This document shows positions 9,638-19,782 of a stretch of DNA of 64,000 nt, in pieces. A model generated the notes under the pieces. It saw only the letters and a program-made list of their open reading frames with translations, did not search any database and was not told where the DNA came from. The position numbers and the translations under genes were made by a program. The number at the start of each line of letters is the position of its first letter. Position 1 is the stretch's first letter. Source of the stretch: an uncultured Acidobacteriota bacterium (lineage in GTDB: Bacteria > Acidobacteriota > Thermoanaerobaculia > Gp7-AA8); assembly GCA_963741955.1 (NCBI GenBank), contig CAVUKB010000007.1, positions 416,001 to 480,000 of the forward strand. The letters are read 5' to 3'.

Positions 9638-10437
9638 CGTCTTCGCATTCCGATCACGATCAGCCGCGGACTCATCTCCGCGAGCGGGCTTCCATCGAAA
9701 TCGCCGTACACGTCCCGGATGGCAAAACCCGACGAGGCGAAAAGAGTCGAGATCTCGTCGAGATCATACCCTCTGACCCGCTCGAGATAGCGCCGTGATC
9801 CGATGGTGATCCGCTTGTTGAATGCGCGGCTGCTCGAGTCGAACCATCGCTCGATCTTCACCGTTCCGCTTTCGCTCTCCCGCGTCTCCTCCTGCACCAG
9901 AAGCGAGAGCTCACGGTGAACATTGAGATAGTCGAAGAGGAATGGCGCTTCCGGCTGCAGGACCCGGCACATCTCGCGGACCACCTGCGCGTTCTCTTCC
10001 TCGTGCTCGAAGTAACCGAAGCTGGTGAAGAAGTTCACCAGCGCAGCGAAGCTCGAATCCGCGAACGGGAGGAGCCGCATGTCGGCCCGGCCGACCCGCA
10101 GCCTCGGCTCACGACGCATCCCGGTGCGGAGGAGGACCCAGGAGAGATCGCAGCCGATGGCGTGGTATCCGGCGTCGAGAAATTCTTCGAGGTGACGGCC
10201 GCTGCCGCAGGCGAGATCGAGAATCGGACCACGGCGGTGGCCGAAATGATGCTGGAAAAACGCGACGTGTCGCTTCGCCTCCTCCTCGTCCCGATGCGAG
10301 TAGAGATCGAGATACTCCTCACCGAACCATTCGCGATACCACGTCACGCGCTCTGCCTCCCCGCTGTTCGTGCAGCACTCCGCGAGCGCTGTTGCCAGAC
10401 TCTCGCCAGAACTCTCCTCCGCCGGTCGCGGTCTCAA
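9634..10437 (-). CDS. Class I SAM methyltransferase, candidate N-methyl-bacillithiol synthase (NmbA-like); start may be GTG at 10347
   Basis: LDLACGSGRH, NFFTSFGYF; 4-nt overlap with bshC. Confidence 0.85.
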   Translation of the reverse strand: MRPRPAEESSGESLATALAECCTNSGEAERVTWYREWFGEEYLDLYSHRDEEEAKRHVAFFQHHFGHRRGPILDLACGSGRHLEEFLDAGYHAIGCDLSWVLLRTGMRREPRLRVGRADMRLLPFADSSFAALVNFFTSFGYFEHEEENAQVVREMCRVLQPEAPFLFDYLNVHRELSLLVQEETRESESGTVKIERWFDSSSRAFNKRITIGSRRYLERVRGYDLDEISTLFASSGFAIRDVYGDFDGSPLAEMSPRLIVIGMRRR

Positions 10438-11501
10438 TTCCCGAGCCGCGAGAGAAGCAGCCGCTCCTGCCGCCGGGCAGAGGCGAGCGCCTTCTCGAGC
10501 GTTGCGATCAGATCGCGGGTCTCCGAGAGGAGCTTTTCCGCATCTTCCGAATCGAGCTTCGATCCGGTCGCGAGCGGGATCTCGCTGGAGCCGTCGCTGA
10601 CGATCGCCGAGTCGATGGCGAATGGCTCCGGATCGGGAGCGAAAGGCTCCGTATCCATCACGAACGGCGATCCGGCCCCTGCGGCGAGGACTGCCGGATC
10701 GACTTCGAATGCGTCGGAAGAGACCGCGATCTCGTCGAACGGGGATGCCGCGGGCCCGCTCGCAGCTCGAGGGGGAGCCGAGACACCCGACCGGTGGGCC
10801 GCGGCGTCGGTCGCGGCGGAGGACGTGGTCACGCTCCGGTCGCCCGACGCGCTGATTCCGGACGGGACCGAGAGATTCGGCTTCTGAAGGGGAGCTTCCT
10901 CGTAGAGAGTGGTGTCCACGTTGTTCTTGAGGTTCTCGAGGATCAATCCGACCGCGCTCCTCAGGGTCGCGGTGACTCCGGTCCCCTGAATGGCCACTGC
11001 CTCGAGCACCGGTGCGCGGCCCGGCTGGAGGTACTCGGTGATCTCGTCGACCGGCGAGACGTTCGGCAGGTCGCGCTTGTTGTATTGGAAGACGATCGGG
11101 ACTCTGTCGGGATCGAGCCGGTTGATGCGCAGATTGGTCCGCAGATTTTCGAGACTCTGCAGGTTCGATTCGCGCATCGAATCCTGAGAATCGGCGACGA
11201 AGACCACTCCGTCTGCGCCGCGAAGGACCAGCTTTCGCGTCGCATCGTAGAAGACCTGACCGGGAACGGTATAGAGCTGAACCCGCACTTTCTGGCCGGC
11301 GATGGTTCCGAGCTCCATCGGCATGAAGTCGAAGAAAAGAGTCCGATCGGTCTCGGTGGACATCGAGATCATCTTCCCCTTGTTCTGCAGCTTCGGGTTG
11401 CCGTAGATCTTTTCGAGGTTGGTGGTTTTTCCGCAGAGGCCGGGACCGTAGTAGACGAGCTTTACGGTGACCTCGTTCAGAGCCTTGTTGATCAGAACCA
11501 T
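10434..11501 (-). CDS. mglA: MglA-family small GTPase with long low-complexity C-terminal extension
   Basis: KLVYYGPGLCGKTTNL, DRTLFFDF, TVPGQVFY, NKRD. Confidence 0.9.
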   Translation of the reverse strand: MVLINKALNEVTVKLVYYGPGLCGKTTNLEKIYGNPKLQNKGKMISMSTETDRTLFFDFMPMELGTIAGQKVRVQLYTVPGQVFYDATRKLVLRGADGVVFVADSQDSMRESNLQSLENLRTNLRINRLDPDRVPIVFQYNKRDLPNVSPVDEITEYLQPGRAPVLEAVAIQGTGVTATLRSAVGLILENLKNNVDTTLYEEAPLQKPNLSVPSGISASGDRSVTTSSAATDAAAHRSGVSAPPRAASGPAASPFDEIAVSSDAFEVDPAVLAAGAGSPFVMDTEPFAPDPEPFAIDSAIVSDGSSEIPLATGSKLDSEDAEKLLSETRDLIATLEKALASARRQERLLLSRLGN

Positions 11502-11598
11502 GGACGCCTCCGTCCTCGAGAAACGATGCGAAGAGCTTAGCACGCCCGAAACGAGTTTCGTCACCCGCCCGAAGCTGCTATAAACAGCGTTGGAGCGG

Positions 11599-12282
11599 AT
11601 GATGAGCCGAAAAGACGAACTATTCGAGCACGTCCTCAACCACGTGATCATCGGCGTGGTTCGAGAGGAGAATGCAGATGACGCGTGGGAGATCGCCCAG
11701 GCGTACGCCGAGAGCGGACTTCGGGTGATCGAAGTGACGATGACCACCCCGGAGGCGGTCGCGATCGTCTCGCGCCTCTCTGAGCGATACGGTGAGCGCG
11801 GAGTGGTCATTGCGGCCGGGACGGTGCGATCGACCGACGACGCTTCGGCCGCACGGCGCGCCGGAGCGGAGGTGATCGTTTCGCCACACACCGATCGGCG
11901 GGTGATCGAATACTCCATCGAGCACGATCTCCTCTCCGTCGCAGGGGCCGCAACCGCGACCGAGATCATCCGCGCATGGGAGCTCGGCGCTGGCGTGATC
12001 AAGGTCTATCCCGCCGGCCTCCTCGGCGGTCCGGAGTACATCCGCACCGTCCGGCAGCCGATCCGCGGCATCCCGATGCTCGCAGGGGGGCCGGTACCGC
12101 TGGAACTGATCGACTCGTATCTCGATGCGGGATGCGTTGCGCTGAACCTCGGCGGATCACTCGCGGGCGCGGATCTGGTCCGAGCGAAGAACTGGACCGA
12201 GATCGGCCGGAGGGTCACCATGGCCATCTCCGCGGTCAACGCGTGGAAACAGCAGCGTCACTCGTCCGAACTGGTGCACTGA
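11599..12282 (+). CDS. eda: KDPG/KHG aldolase family
   Basis: IEVTMTTP, AGTV, VSPH, IKVYPA. Confidence 0.85.
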   Translation: MMSRKDELFEHVLNHVIIGVVREENADDAWEIAQAYAESGLRVIEVTMTTPEAVAIVSRLSERYGERGVVIAAGTVRSTDDASAARRAGAEVIVSPHTDRRVIEYSIEHDLLSVAGAATATEIIRAWELGAGVIKVYPAGLLGGPEYIRTVRQPIRGIPMLAGGPVPLELIDSYLDAGCVALNLGGSLAGADLVRAKNWTEIGRRVTMAISAVNAWKQQRHSSELVH

Positions 12283-12286
12283 GCCC

Positions 12287-12781
12287 ATGATCCATCTCCT
12301 CTCCTCCATGCTTCTGCTCTTCGCGGGACTCCCGTCGACTTCTCTCACGGGATGGATGCAGCCCGCCTCCTTTCAGCTCTCGATCGGAATGAGCGAGAAA
12401 GCGGCACTGGCGCATCTTCAGGACAGAGGGTGGGATGTGAAAGAAGGAAAAGAGAAGGGGCAGAAGGCGATCGACTACGACGAGGGAAAGAGCGTCACGC
12501 TCGGGTTCTCCCGTGGACGTCTGGAGTCGATCCGTTTCGAGTACGTCGGGTTCGTGCCACAGGTGCAGCTCGCATTCGAGGAAGCGCGGGAACGGCTCCG
12601 GAGAAGACGAGGCTTGCCGCAGACGTCGACGGAGAAGATTCTGATTTACGACACTCCGTCGCCGCTCGATCCGAGCGCTCCGGACGTGACGGTCATTCTC
12701 TCGGCGGACTCTTCGACCAGCTTCGGCCGTCAGGGGCTCGGTTTTCTGGTGATCCGCTACTTCGCGCCGCCGGCGAAGTAG
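12287..12781 (+). CDS. Hypothetical exported protein
   Basis: Hydrophobic N-terminus; starts 4 bp after eda. Confidence 0.6.
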   Translation: MIHLLSSMLLLFAGLPSTSLTGWMQPASFQLSIGMSEKAALAHLQDRGWDVKEGKEKGQKAIDYDEGKSVTLGFSRGRLESIRFEYVGFVPQVQLAFEEARERLRRRRGLPQTSTEKILIYDTPSPLDPSAPDVTVILSADSSTSFGRQGLGFLVIRYFAPPAK

Positions 12782-14688
12782 TTGGCCGGCTTCTCCGCTT
12801 CGCGGGTCGTCGCCTCGCTCGGGGACGGTTGACCGTTCCAGATGAAGACGCCCTGACCGTCGGTGCCGATGACGATCCGTCCGCCGTTGAACGGGTCGAG
12901 TGCGACGGTCCCGACGGTGGCCGATTCGGCGGGGAGTGAGAACGTCCGCCACTCGCTGCGGCCCTCGTTGACCAGCAGTTTCTTCTGTCCCTCTGCCGCG
13001 ACCACCAGCCGGTCGGGCATTTCTCCCTGCTGGTAGACCGCAACCGGGGCGACGCGCTGCGCCTGCGTCTCGTTCCAGCGGAACTGCGGGTCGACGCTTC
13101 CGGAGAGAAGTCCTTTCGACCCGGCGACGATGACGATTTCACGATCACCGTTCTTTCGGAATCCGACCGTGCGACCGGTCGGTGAGCCGTCGACGTGTCG
13201 CCACGTCTCGCCGTCGAACACACTCAACCCGTCCGCGGTCAGCGTCAGGAGAACCGGCCTTCCGCGCAACGTGCCGATCGTGAGGTCCGTCACGGCGGCC
13301 TTCAGATCGCCGAGCCGGGACCAGCTCCGTCCCGAATCACGGCTGGTGTAGACCCCGTCCGTCGTCGCGGCGAAGAGGCGCGCTCCATTCCAGGGGACGA
13401 TCCGGCCGAACCGGATCGGGTCCATCGCCGGCTCCGCTTTGGTCCACTTCGTTCCGTCCTCACTCCAGAAGACTCCCTGGTCGGTACCGGCCAGGTAGCG
13501 CGGGGCGGCGCTGCGACGCACCACCAGCGAGAGGATCTCGGGAAGCCGGGTCTCGTTGATTTTTCGCCAGCTCCGTCCCTCGTCATCGGACTGATAGATC
13601 CCCGATGCGGCGCCCCCGAAGTAGACCGCGGCGTAGATGCGCCCTTCGACGTTCGGATCGCCGGCGACTGCGGCGACTTTGACGTTGTAGAGCCCTTCGC
13701 TGGAGCGCTGGAATGTCGCTCCACCGTCATTGGAAACGTAGACCCCGTCCCCTTCGGTTCCGAGAATGATCCGCCTGGGGCGATCCCGGTGGAGGGCGAT
13801 CGCGTTGATAGTGAGGTCTTCGGTCGAGATCAGTGCGAACTTCTTTCCTGCGTCCGTCGAGCGATAGAGCCCCGCCACCGAGCCGGCGTAGATGGTGTCG
13901 GGATTGTTCGGATCGATCGCGACGTCGTGAATCCGTCGGTTGTCGAACCCGTCGCGGTAACGGACCCACTTCTCCCCCTGATCGAGTGAGCAGTACGTCC
14001 AGCCGCAGGTCGCGAGCCAGACCCGGTCCGGATTGGCCGGGTCGATGTGGATGGCGAAGACATCCGTGTCGAGCACCATCCCTTCCGCGACGCGCTTCCA
14101 TGTCTTTCCGCCATCGACGGTGCGGAAGGTCTGGCGCCATGTGCCGACGTAGATCGTGTCGGGATGCCGCGGGTCGACGGCGAGGGACTCGACGTTCTCC
14201 TGGTCCGAGATCCGGACCCAGCTCTTCCCTTCATCCGAGCTGCGCCAGATGCCGCCGAGACCACCGGCTACGAGTGAATGCGAATCGCTCGAATCGAGAG
14301 CCAGGGCGCGGATCGACTGATCGCGCAGCCCTTCGTCGCGGCGGAACCACGTCTTCCCTCCATCGTTCGAGACGGCGATTACGCTCCCGCCCCACAGCCC
14401 CCAGCAGGCGGCCCAGAGCCGCCCGCGCAAGTCGATCTCGAGATTGTCGACGACATAGCCGGGAAACGGCGTGCTCCCGCGCGGGTTGGTCCAGCTCTTT
14501 CCGCCGTCGAGCGAACGGTACACCTCGCCCTGGCTGGTGCCGAGATACACGGTGTCGGGATGCGCCGGATCGACGACCAGAGCGCGGACGTCCGCGCCGT
14601 AAAGTCCCGCGCGTGTCCACGCCGCTTCGAGAGGTGCGACTGCAAGAAGTGGCAGAATGATGAAGAGAAGTCCGATTGTCCTTCGCAT
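12757..14688 (-). CDS. Secreted BNR/VPS10-type beta-propeller protein
   Basis: Signal peptide and many SxDGGxxW Asp-boxes. Confidence 0.88.
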   Translation of the reverse strand: MRRTIGLLFIILPLLAVAPLEAAWTRAGLYGADVRALVVDPAHPDTVYLGTSQGEVYRSLDGGKSWTNPRGSTPFPGYVVDNLEIDLRGRLWAACWGLWGGSVIAVSNDGGKTWFRRDEGLRDQSIRALALDSSDSHSLVAGGLGGIWRSSDEGKSWVRISDQENVESLAVDPRHPDTIYVGTWRQTFRTVDGGKTWKRVAEGMVLDTDVFAIHIDPANPDRVWLATCGWTYCSLDQGEKWVRYRDGFDNRRIHDVAIDPNNPDTIYAGSVAGLYRSTDAGKKFALISTEDLTINAIALHRDRPRRIILGTEGDGVYVSNDGGATFQRSSEGLYNVKVAAVAGDPNVEGRIYAAVYFGGAASGIYQSDDEGRSWRKINETRLPEILSLVVRRSAAPRYLAGTDQGVFWSEDGTKWTKAEPAMDPIRFGRIVPWNGARLFAATTDGVYTSRDSGRSWSRLGDLKAAVTDLTIGTLRGRPVLLTLTADGLSVFDGETWRHVDGSPTGRTVGFRKNGDREIVIVAGSKGLLSGSVDPQFRWNETQAQRVAPVAVYQQGEMPDRLVVAAEGQKKLLVNEGRSEWRTFSLPAESATVGTVALDPFNGGRIVIGTDGQGVFIWNGQPSPSEATTREAEKPANYFAGGAK

Positions 14689-14978
14689 ACCCGTTCCCAC
14701 CCGATGTCTCCGACCCGGTCGTCGCCGGTTCCAGTGTAATGCCTGATTTCCGCGAGCGCCGCGGCGACTCCATCACGATCGTTCGCGTTTCGTACGGTTC
14801 GGCCGTGGCGGCCCCGATGTTCCGTTCTCGAGCAATTTCCCTGCCGTACTGCGGAGCTTCCCGAATCCGCTGCATCCTGCGTCACGCGCGGGTTCGCGGG
14901 GGTAAGGTACACTAACCGCGCGCAGCGGAACGCGGGAATTGATCCCCGCGACCAACTCTCCTGCGATCAAAAGGACCG

Positions 14979-15845
14979 ATGACGAGAATCCGAACGTGCG
15001 TCTTCCCCTGCGCCGGCTATGGGACGAGATTTCTGCCGGCGACGAAAGTCATCCCGAAGGAGATGCTCCCTCTGGTCGACAAACCGGTCGTCCAGTACGG
15101 AGTGGAGGAAGCGATTGCCTCCGGGCTCGACCGCATCATCATCGTCTCGTCGCGTGGCAAAGAGTCGATGATCGACCACTTCGACCGGAGCGCCGAGCTC
15201 GAGGAGTCGCTGCGAAGCCGTGGCAAGGGCGAGCTCCTCGAGGAGGTCGAGAAGGTCAGCCGGATGGCGGACGTGGTGTCGGTGCGGCAGAAGGAAGCGC
15301 TCGGGCTCGGCCACGCCGTATGGTCCGCGCGGGAGGCGGTCGGGAGCGAGCCGTTCGCGGTCAGCCTCCCGGACGACGTGATCCTGGCCGATCCCCCCTG
15401 TCTCCGTCAGATGCTGGATGTCTACGAGGAGACCGGACGACCGGTGATCGCCCTGATGGAGGTCGCCCCCGACGAGACCAGGCGTTACGGCATCGCCGCG
15501 GGAGAGAAGGTCGGGGATCGCCGCTGGCGTCTGACCGACATGGTCGAGAAGCCGAAGTCGGATCCCCCTTCCAATCTCGCGATCATCGGTCGCTACATCC
15601 TTCCGCCGGAGATCTTCGAGATCCTCGAGAAGACGGGGAGGGGAGCGGGTGGAGAGATTCAGATCACGGACGGACTGCGGGAACTGATGCGCCGCGGGGA
15701 GATCTACGGCTACGTATTCGAAGGGACCCGCTACGATGCGGGGGAGAAGCTCGGATACCTGCAGGCGACGGTCGCGTTCGCGCTCCGTCACCCGACGCTC
15801 GGCCCACCCTTCCGCGAATACCTGAAAAAGACATCTGAGATCTGA
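14979..15845 (+). CDS. galU: UTP-glucose-1-phosphate uridylyltransferase
   Basis: AGYGTRFLPATKVIPKEMLP, LGLGHA, VEKP, GEIQITD. Confidence 0.96.
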   Translation: MTRIRTCVFPCAGYGTRFLPATKVIPKEMLPLVDKPVVQYGVEEAIASGLDRIIIVSSRGKESMIDHFDRSAELEESLRSRGKGELLEEVEKVSRMADVVSVRQKEALGLGHAVWSAREAVGSEPFAVSLPDDVILADPPCLRQMLDVYEETGRPVIALMEVAPDETRRYGIAAGEKVGDRRWRLTDMVEKPKSDPPSNLAIIGRYILPPEIFEILEKTGRGAGGEIQITDGLRELMRRGEIYGYVFEGTRYDAGEKLGYLQATVAFALRHPTLGPPFREYLKKTSEI

Positions 15846-16198
15846 GATCTATTATCTATTATCTGATGCTAATATCAGCTATCGATAATGTGTGGGGTAC
15901 GGTTGGTCGAGACCAAGATAGCAGATAGCAGATAGCAGATAGCAGATAGCAGATAGAGACGCAGATAGCAGATCGCAGATAGCAGATCGCAGATCGCAGA
16001 TACCAGATACCGTAGATACCAGATGAAGTTCGTTTTCGAGCGACGGGTTGATGGGGGAACTTCGATACCGCCATCCGCTCCGCTCTGGAAGCATCTCCAA
16101 TCTGATATCTGATTATCGATTATTAAGAACACACTACAATAAAAGCGATACATTTCATTAACACATAGACATCAGATAACAGATAATAGATATCAGAT
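15840..16198. repeat. Foldback intergenic element: ~32-bp terminal inverted repeats plus internal (AGATAGC)n heptamer array at 15916-16024
   Basis: 15840-15871 is near-complementary to 16166-16198; AT-rich compared with flanks. Confidence 0.85.
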
Positions 16199-16790
16199 GA
16201 AGTTCATTCTTGCTTCCGCCTCTCCCCGCCGTCGCGAGCTGCTCGAGGCTCTCGGGCTGCGGATCCACGTCATTCCGAGCGGCGTCGAGGAGCAACTCGG
16301 TGCCGGAGAGTCGCCGCAGGAGTACGTCAGCCGTCTCGCGGCAGAGAAGGCCGAGGAGGTCGCGCGACGGCATCCGGAAGATTGGGTGATCGCGGCGGAT
16401 ACGGTGGTGTACATCGACGGGCGGATTCTCGAAAAACCCTCCGATCCGGCCGACGCGAAGCGGATGCTCGCGACCATCGCGGGGCGCGAGCACGAAGTCT
16501 TCACCGGAGTGGCGCTGCGGAGGATCTCCCCGGATCATCGGGACGTGAGGGTCAGTCGTACGAGAGTGCGGATGACGGTCCTTTCAGACCAGGAGATCGA
16601 GTGGTACGTGGCGACGGGAGAGCCGCTCGACAAGGCAGGGGCGTACGCGGTTCAGGGTGTCGGGGCCATGTTCATCGAATCCGTCGACGGAAACTACACG
16701 AATGTGGTGGGGCTTCCGCTGGTCACGCTTTTCGGAATGATGAAGGAAGCGGGGATTCATCCACTTCACCTCCACACTGCACTAGAATAG
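16197..16790 (+). CDS. maf: Maf/YhdE nucleoside triphosphate pyrophosphatase
   Basis: ILASASPRR, ADTVV, LEKP, DKAGAY, NVVGLP. Confidence 0.95.
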   Translation: MKFILASASPRRRELLEALGLRIHVIPSGVEEQLGAGESPQEYVSRLAAEKAEEVARRHPEDWVIAADTVVYIDGRILEKPSDPADAKRMLATIAGREHEVFTGVALRRISPDHRDVRVSRTRVRMTVLSDQEIEWYVATGEPLDKAGAYAVQGVGAMFIESVDGNYTNVVGLPLVTLFGMMKEAGIHPLHLHTALE

Positions 16791-16967
16791 CGCGCGGGCC
16801 GGGCCCGGCGGCGATTCTTGCATCGCCACGCGCACGGAACCGCGACGGCAGCGAGCGTCGCGACCCGGTCCGGATCATTTGCTGCAGTTTGGGCACGTGA
16901 TCGCACTCGCGCTTGCGGATGCGACCACCGGGCGGTCCGGTGAACCGAAGGAACTGAGGAGTCCAGC

Positions 16968-18488
16968 ATGTCGTCAGCGGCGAAAGTCGGCATCTTCATG
17001 GTCATCATTCTGGTGATCGCCGGCTATCTCATTCTCAGGATCGAAGACGTCCATTTCGGAGGACCTCCACAGAAGACGGTGGTGGCGGTCTTCAACTCTG
17101 CCGCAGGTCTGGACGAGAAGTCCCCGGTGCGCGTCGCAGGTGTGAGAGAAGGAAAGGTCACCCGGATCCAGATCACTCCCGACGGACGGGCGAAGGTGAC
17201 CATGCAGCTCGACACGAATGTTCCCATTCATCAGGGGGCGTCGGCACAGATCGCGAGTCTCGGGCTGCTGGGCGAAAAGTACGTCGAGATCGACACCGGC
17301 AACCCCTCCGCGCCGCTCCTCCAGGGAAACGAAGAGCAGCCGATCGTGCTCAGCGGCTCACAGCCGCCCTCGATCGATCAGGTCACCGCGCAGGTTTCGG
17401 CCATCGCTTCGGACGTGAAGGCGATTACCGAATCGCTCCGCAATACCATGGCCGGGCAGGCCGGGCAGCAGCGCCTCGAAGACATCGTGGAGAACGTCCG
17501 CGCGTCGACTGCCGAGGTCCGAGAGATGCTCCAGGCGAACCGTGAGAACGTCAACGTCACCGCGGAGAACATCCGGCAGATCACCTCCGATCTCCGGGAA
17601 GCCATTCCGCGCCTCGCGGCGTCGATCCAGAGCGTCGCGGACAACATCGGCGGAACTCTCGGCGAGAACCGCTCCGACGTCCACGAGATCGTCGGGAACC
17701 TCCGCAAGCTCTCCGGTCAGTTGACCGTCACCGCCGCGAACCTGAACGACATCACCGGGCAGGTGAAATCGGGAGAGGGTACAGTCGGGAAGCTCCTGTA
17801 CGACCAGGCGGCGTACGACAAGCTGAACGGCGCCCTCACCGCGGTCGAGAGTGGAGTGAACGAGCTGAAAGAAACCCTCGGGCGCGCCAACCGCCTCGCT
17901 CTGAACATCGGTATCCGCTCCGACTACTACGCAGGACTCGACACCGGCGACACGCCGTTCAACGGAAACAGCCGCAGCTCGCTGCAGCTCGACATCATTC
18001 CGAATCCGGAACGGAACCGCTTCTATCACGTCGAGCTCGCGGACGATCCGAACGGCGTGAAGCGGGAGAAGATCAACGAGTACACCGTCACTCTCCCGGA
18101 CGGCACCGAGCAGACCTATTCGGTGCTCGACACGAGGTACGAGCGTGACTTTCTGCTGTCGGCTCAGGCCGGATGGCGGCTGGACGACTTCAATCTCCGT
18201 CTGGGGCTGTTCGACAACACCGGCGGCGTCGGTGCCGACTACCGGATGGGGAAGAGGATCTCGCTCTCCGGTGAAGTCTTCGACTTCGGGAAGCGTCGGA
18301 ACGACAACGCGCACCTCCGTCTGTTCGGCAATTACGTGATCCGGAAAGAGTCGAAGGAGTTCCCGATGGTTTACGTCTCGGCCGGAGTGGACGACGTCTT
18401 CAATGACCGTGCGTTCACAGTCGGCGGCGGCATCCGTTGGGAGGACCAGGATCTGAAGTACCTCCTGGGGAGCGTTCCGATCAAGTAA
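16968..18488 (+). CDS. MlaD/MCE-domain protein
   Basis: N-terminal TM, GL..SPVRVAGV.GKV, GLLGEKYVEI, helical repeats, GEGTVGKLL. Confidence 0.9.
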   Translation: MSSAAKVGIFMVIILVIAGYLILRIEDVHFGGPPQKTVVAVFNSAAGLDEKSPVRVAGVREGKVTRIQITPDGRAKVTMQLDTNVPIHQGASAQIASLGLLGEKYVEIDTGNPSAPLLQGNEEQPIVLSGSQPPSIDQVTAQVSAIASDVKAITESLRNTMAGQAGQQRLEDIVENVRASTAEVREMLQANRENVNVTAENIRQITSDLREAIPRLAASIQSVADNIGGTLGENRSDVHEIVGNLRKLSGQLTVTAANLNDITGQVKSGEGTVGKLLYDQAAYDKLNGALTAVESGVNELKETLGRANRLALNIGIRSDYYAGLDTGDTPFNGNSRSSLQLDIIPNPERNRFYHVELADDPNGVKREKINEYTVTLPDGTEQTYSVLDTRYERDFLLSAQAGWRLDDFNLRLGLFDNTGGVGADYRMGKRISLSGEVFDFGKRRNDNAHLRLFGNYVIRKESKEFPMVYVSAGVDDVFNDRAFTVGGGIRWEDQDLKYLLGSVPIK

Positions 18489-18597
18489 GAGTCTGCGCGA
18501 TAGAAACGTCCGTAGCGAGAAAGCGGAGCAACGAGGCCAGATTCGTTCGGATTTGGACCGCTGATCCGCAGCAGGACAGTTTCTACCGCGCAGACTC
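18489..18597. repeat. REP-like inverted repeat pair (GAGTCTGCGCG(A/G)TAGAAAC); one more arm at 54019-54046
   Basis: 19-bp arms with 1 mismatch around a ~70-bp spacer. Confidence 0.75.
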
Positions 18598-18684
18598 CTG
18601 GGACAGTTTTTGCCGCGCTGGCGCTGGCGGGAGAATCGCATTTCACTGAGCGAAACGGCGCGAGCCGGGTCGAGAAAGGTCAGG

Positions 18685-19782
18685 ATGTCTTCGAACGGGG
18701 TAGTCAGAGTCGCACTCATCTTCGGCGGACGCAGCGCCGAGCACGAGGTCTCCATTCTCTCCGCGCGCTCGATCCGGGATGCCGCGCCGAAAGAGAAGAT
18801 GGAGATCGTGCCGATATGCATCGCGCAGGACGGACGATTCCTTCCTCCCGACCGGAGCGCCGCGATTCTCGACCGTCACGACCGCGCGCTGGAGGGTGAT
18901 CCCGGCTTCTCGTTCGAGAGCTGGTACCACAACGAGCACATCGACGTCGCTTTTCCCATCGTGCACGGCACGTTCGGAGAGGACGGCACGCTCCAGGGGT
19001 ATCTCGAGATCCTCGGGCTTCCTTACGTCGGCAGCGGTGTGACCGGATCCGCGGTGGGGATGGACAAGATGGTGATGAAGAGCGCATTCGCCGCGGCGAA
19101 GCTCCCGATCGTCGAGTACGTGCCGATGTACGAATGGGAATGGGCGAACGAGCGGGAGCGGCTGACGCGGGGCATCGCGAACGCACTGCGCCTTCCTTAC
19201 TTCGTGAAGCCGGCCAATGCCGGCTCGTCGGTCGGCGTCTCGAAAGTCAAGCGATTGGCCGAGCTCGACGCTGCGATCGACAAGGCGCTTCGCTTCGACG
19301 AAAAGGTTCTCGTCGAGCGCGGCCTCGACGCCCGGGAGATCGAAGTTTCCGTTCTCGGGAACGATGAGCCGGAAGCGTCGCTGCCGGGAGAAGTCGTGGT
19401 CGGCCGGGAGTTCTACGATTACGAAGACAAGTACATCGAGAACAAATCGTCGCTCGTGATTCCGGCGAAGCTCCCGGAGGAAAAGATCGAAGAGATCCGC
19501 CGGCTCGCCGTCAGTGCCTTCAAGTCGATCGGCGCTTCGGGATACGCTCGGGTGGATTTCTTTCTCGAGCGCGGCACCAGCCGCCTCTATCTTAACGAGA
19601 TCAACACCATTCCCGGCTTCACCCGCATTTCGATGTATCCGAAGCTTTGGGAGGCGACGGAGCTCAAGTTCTCACACCTGATCGACCGCCTGGTGCAACT
19701 CGCGATCGAGCGCCACGGGAAGCGCGGTGAGCGCTTCGCGAGCACGATGAAGTTCTTCGAAGACGTCAAGAGCCTCGAATAG
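18685..19782 (+). CDS. ddl: D-alanine--D-alanine ligase
   Basis: FGGRSAEHEVS, HGTFGEDG, GSSVG, NEINTIPGFT..SMYP. Confidence 0.96.
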   Translation: MSSNGVVRVALIFGGRSAEHEVSILSARSIRDAAPKEKMEIVPICIAQDGRFLPPDRSAAILDRHDRALEGDPGFSFESWYHNEHIDVAFPIVHGTFGEDGTLQGYLEILGLPYVGSGVTGSAVGMDKMVMKSAFAAAKLPIVEYVPMYEWEWANERERLTRGIANALRLPYFVKPANAGSSVGVSKVKRLAELDAAIDKALRFDEKVLVERGLDAREIEVSVLGNDEPEASLPGEVVVGREFYDYEDKYIENKSSLVIPAKLPEEKIEEIRRLAVSAFKSIGASGYARVDFFLERGTSRLYLNEINTIPGFTRISMYPKLWEATELKFSHLIDRLVQLAIERHGKRGERFASTMKFFEDVKSLE

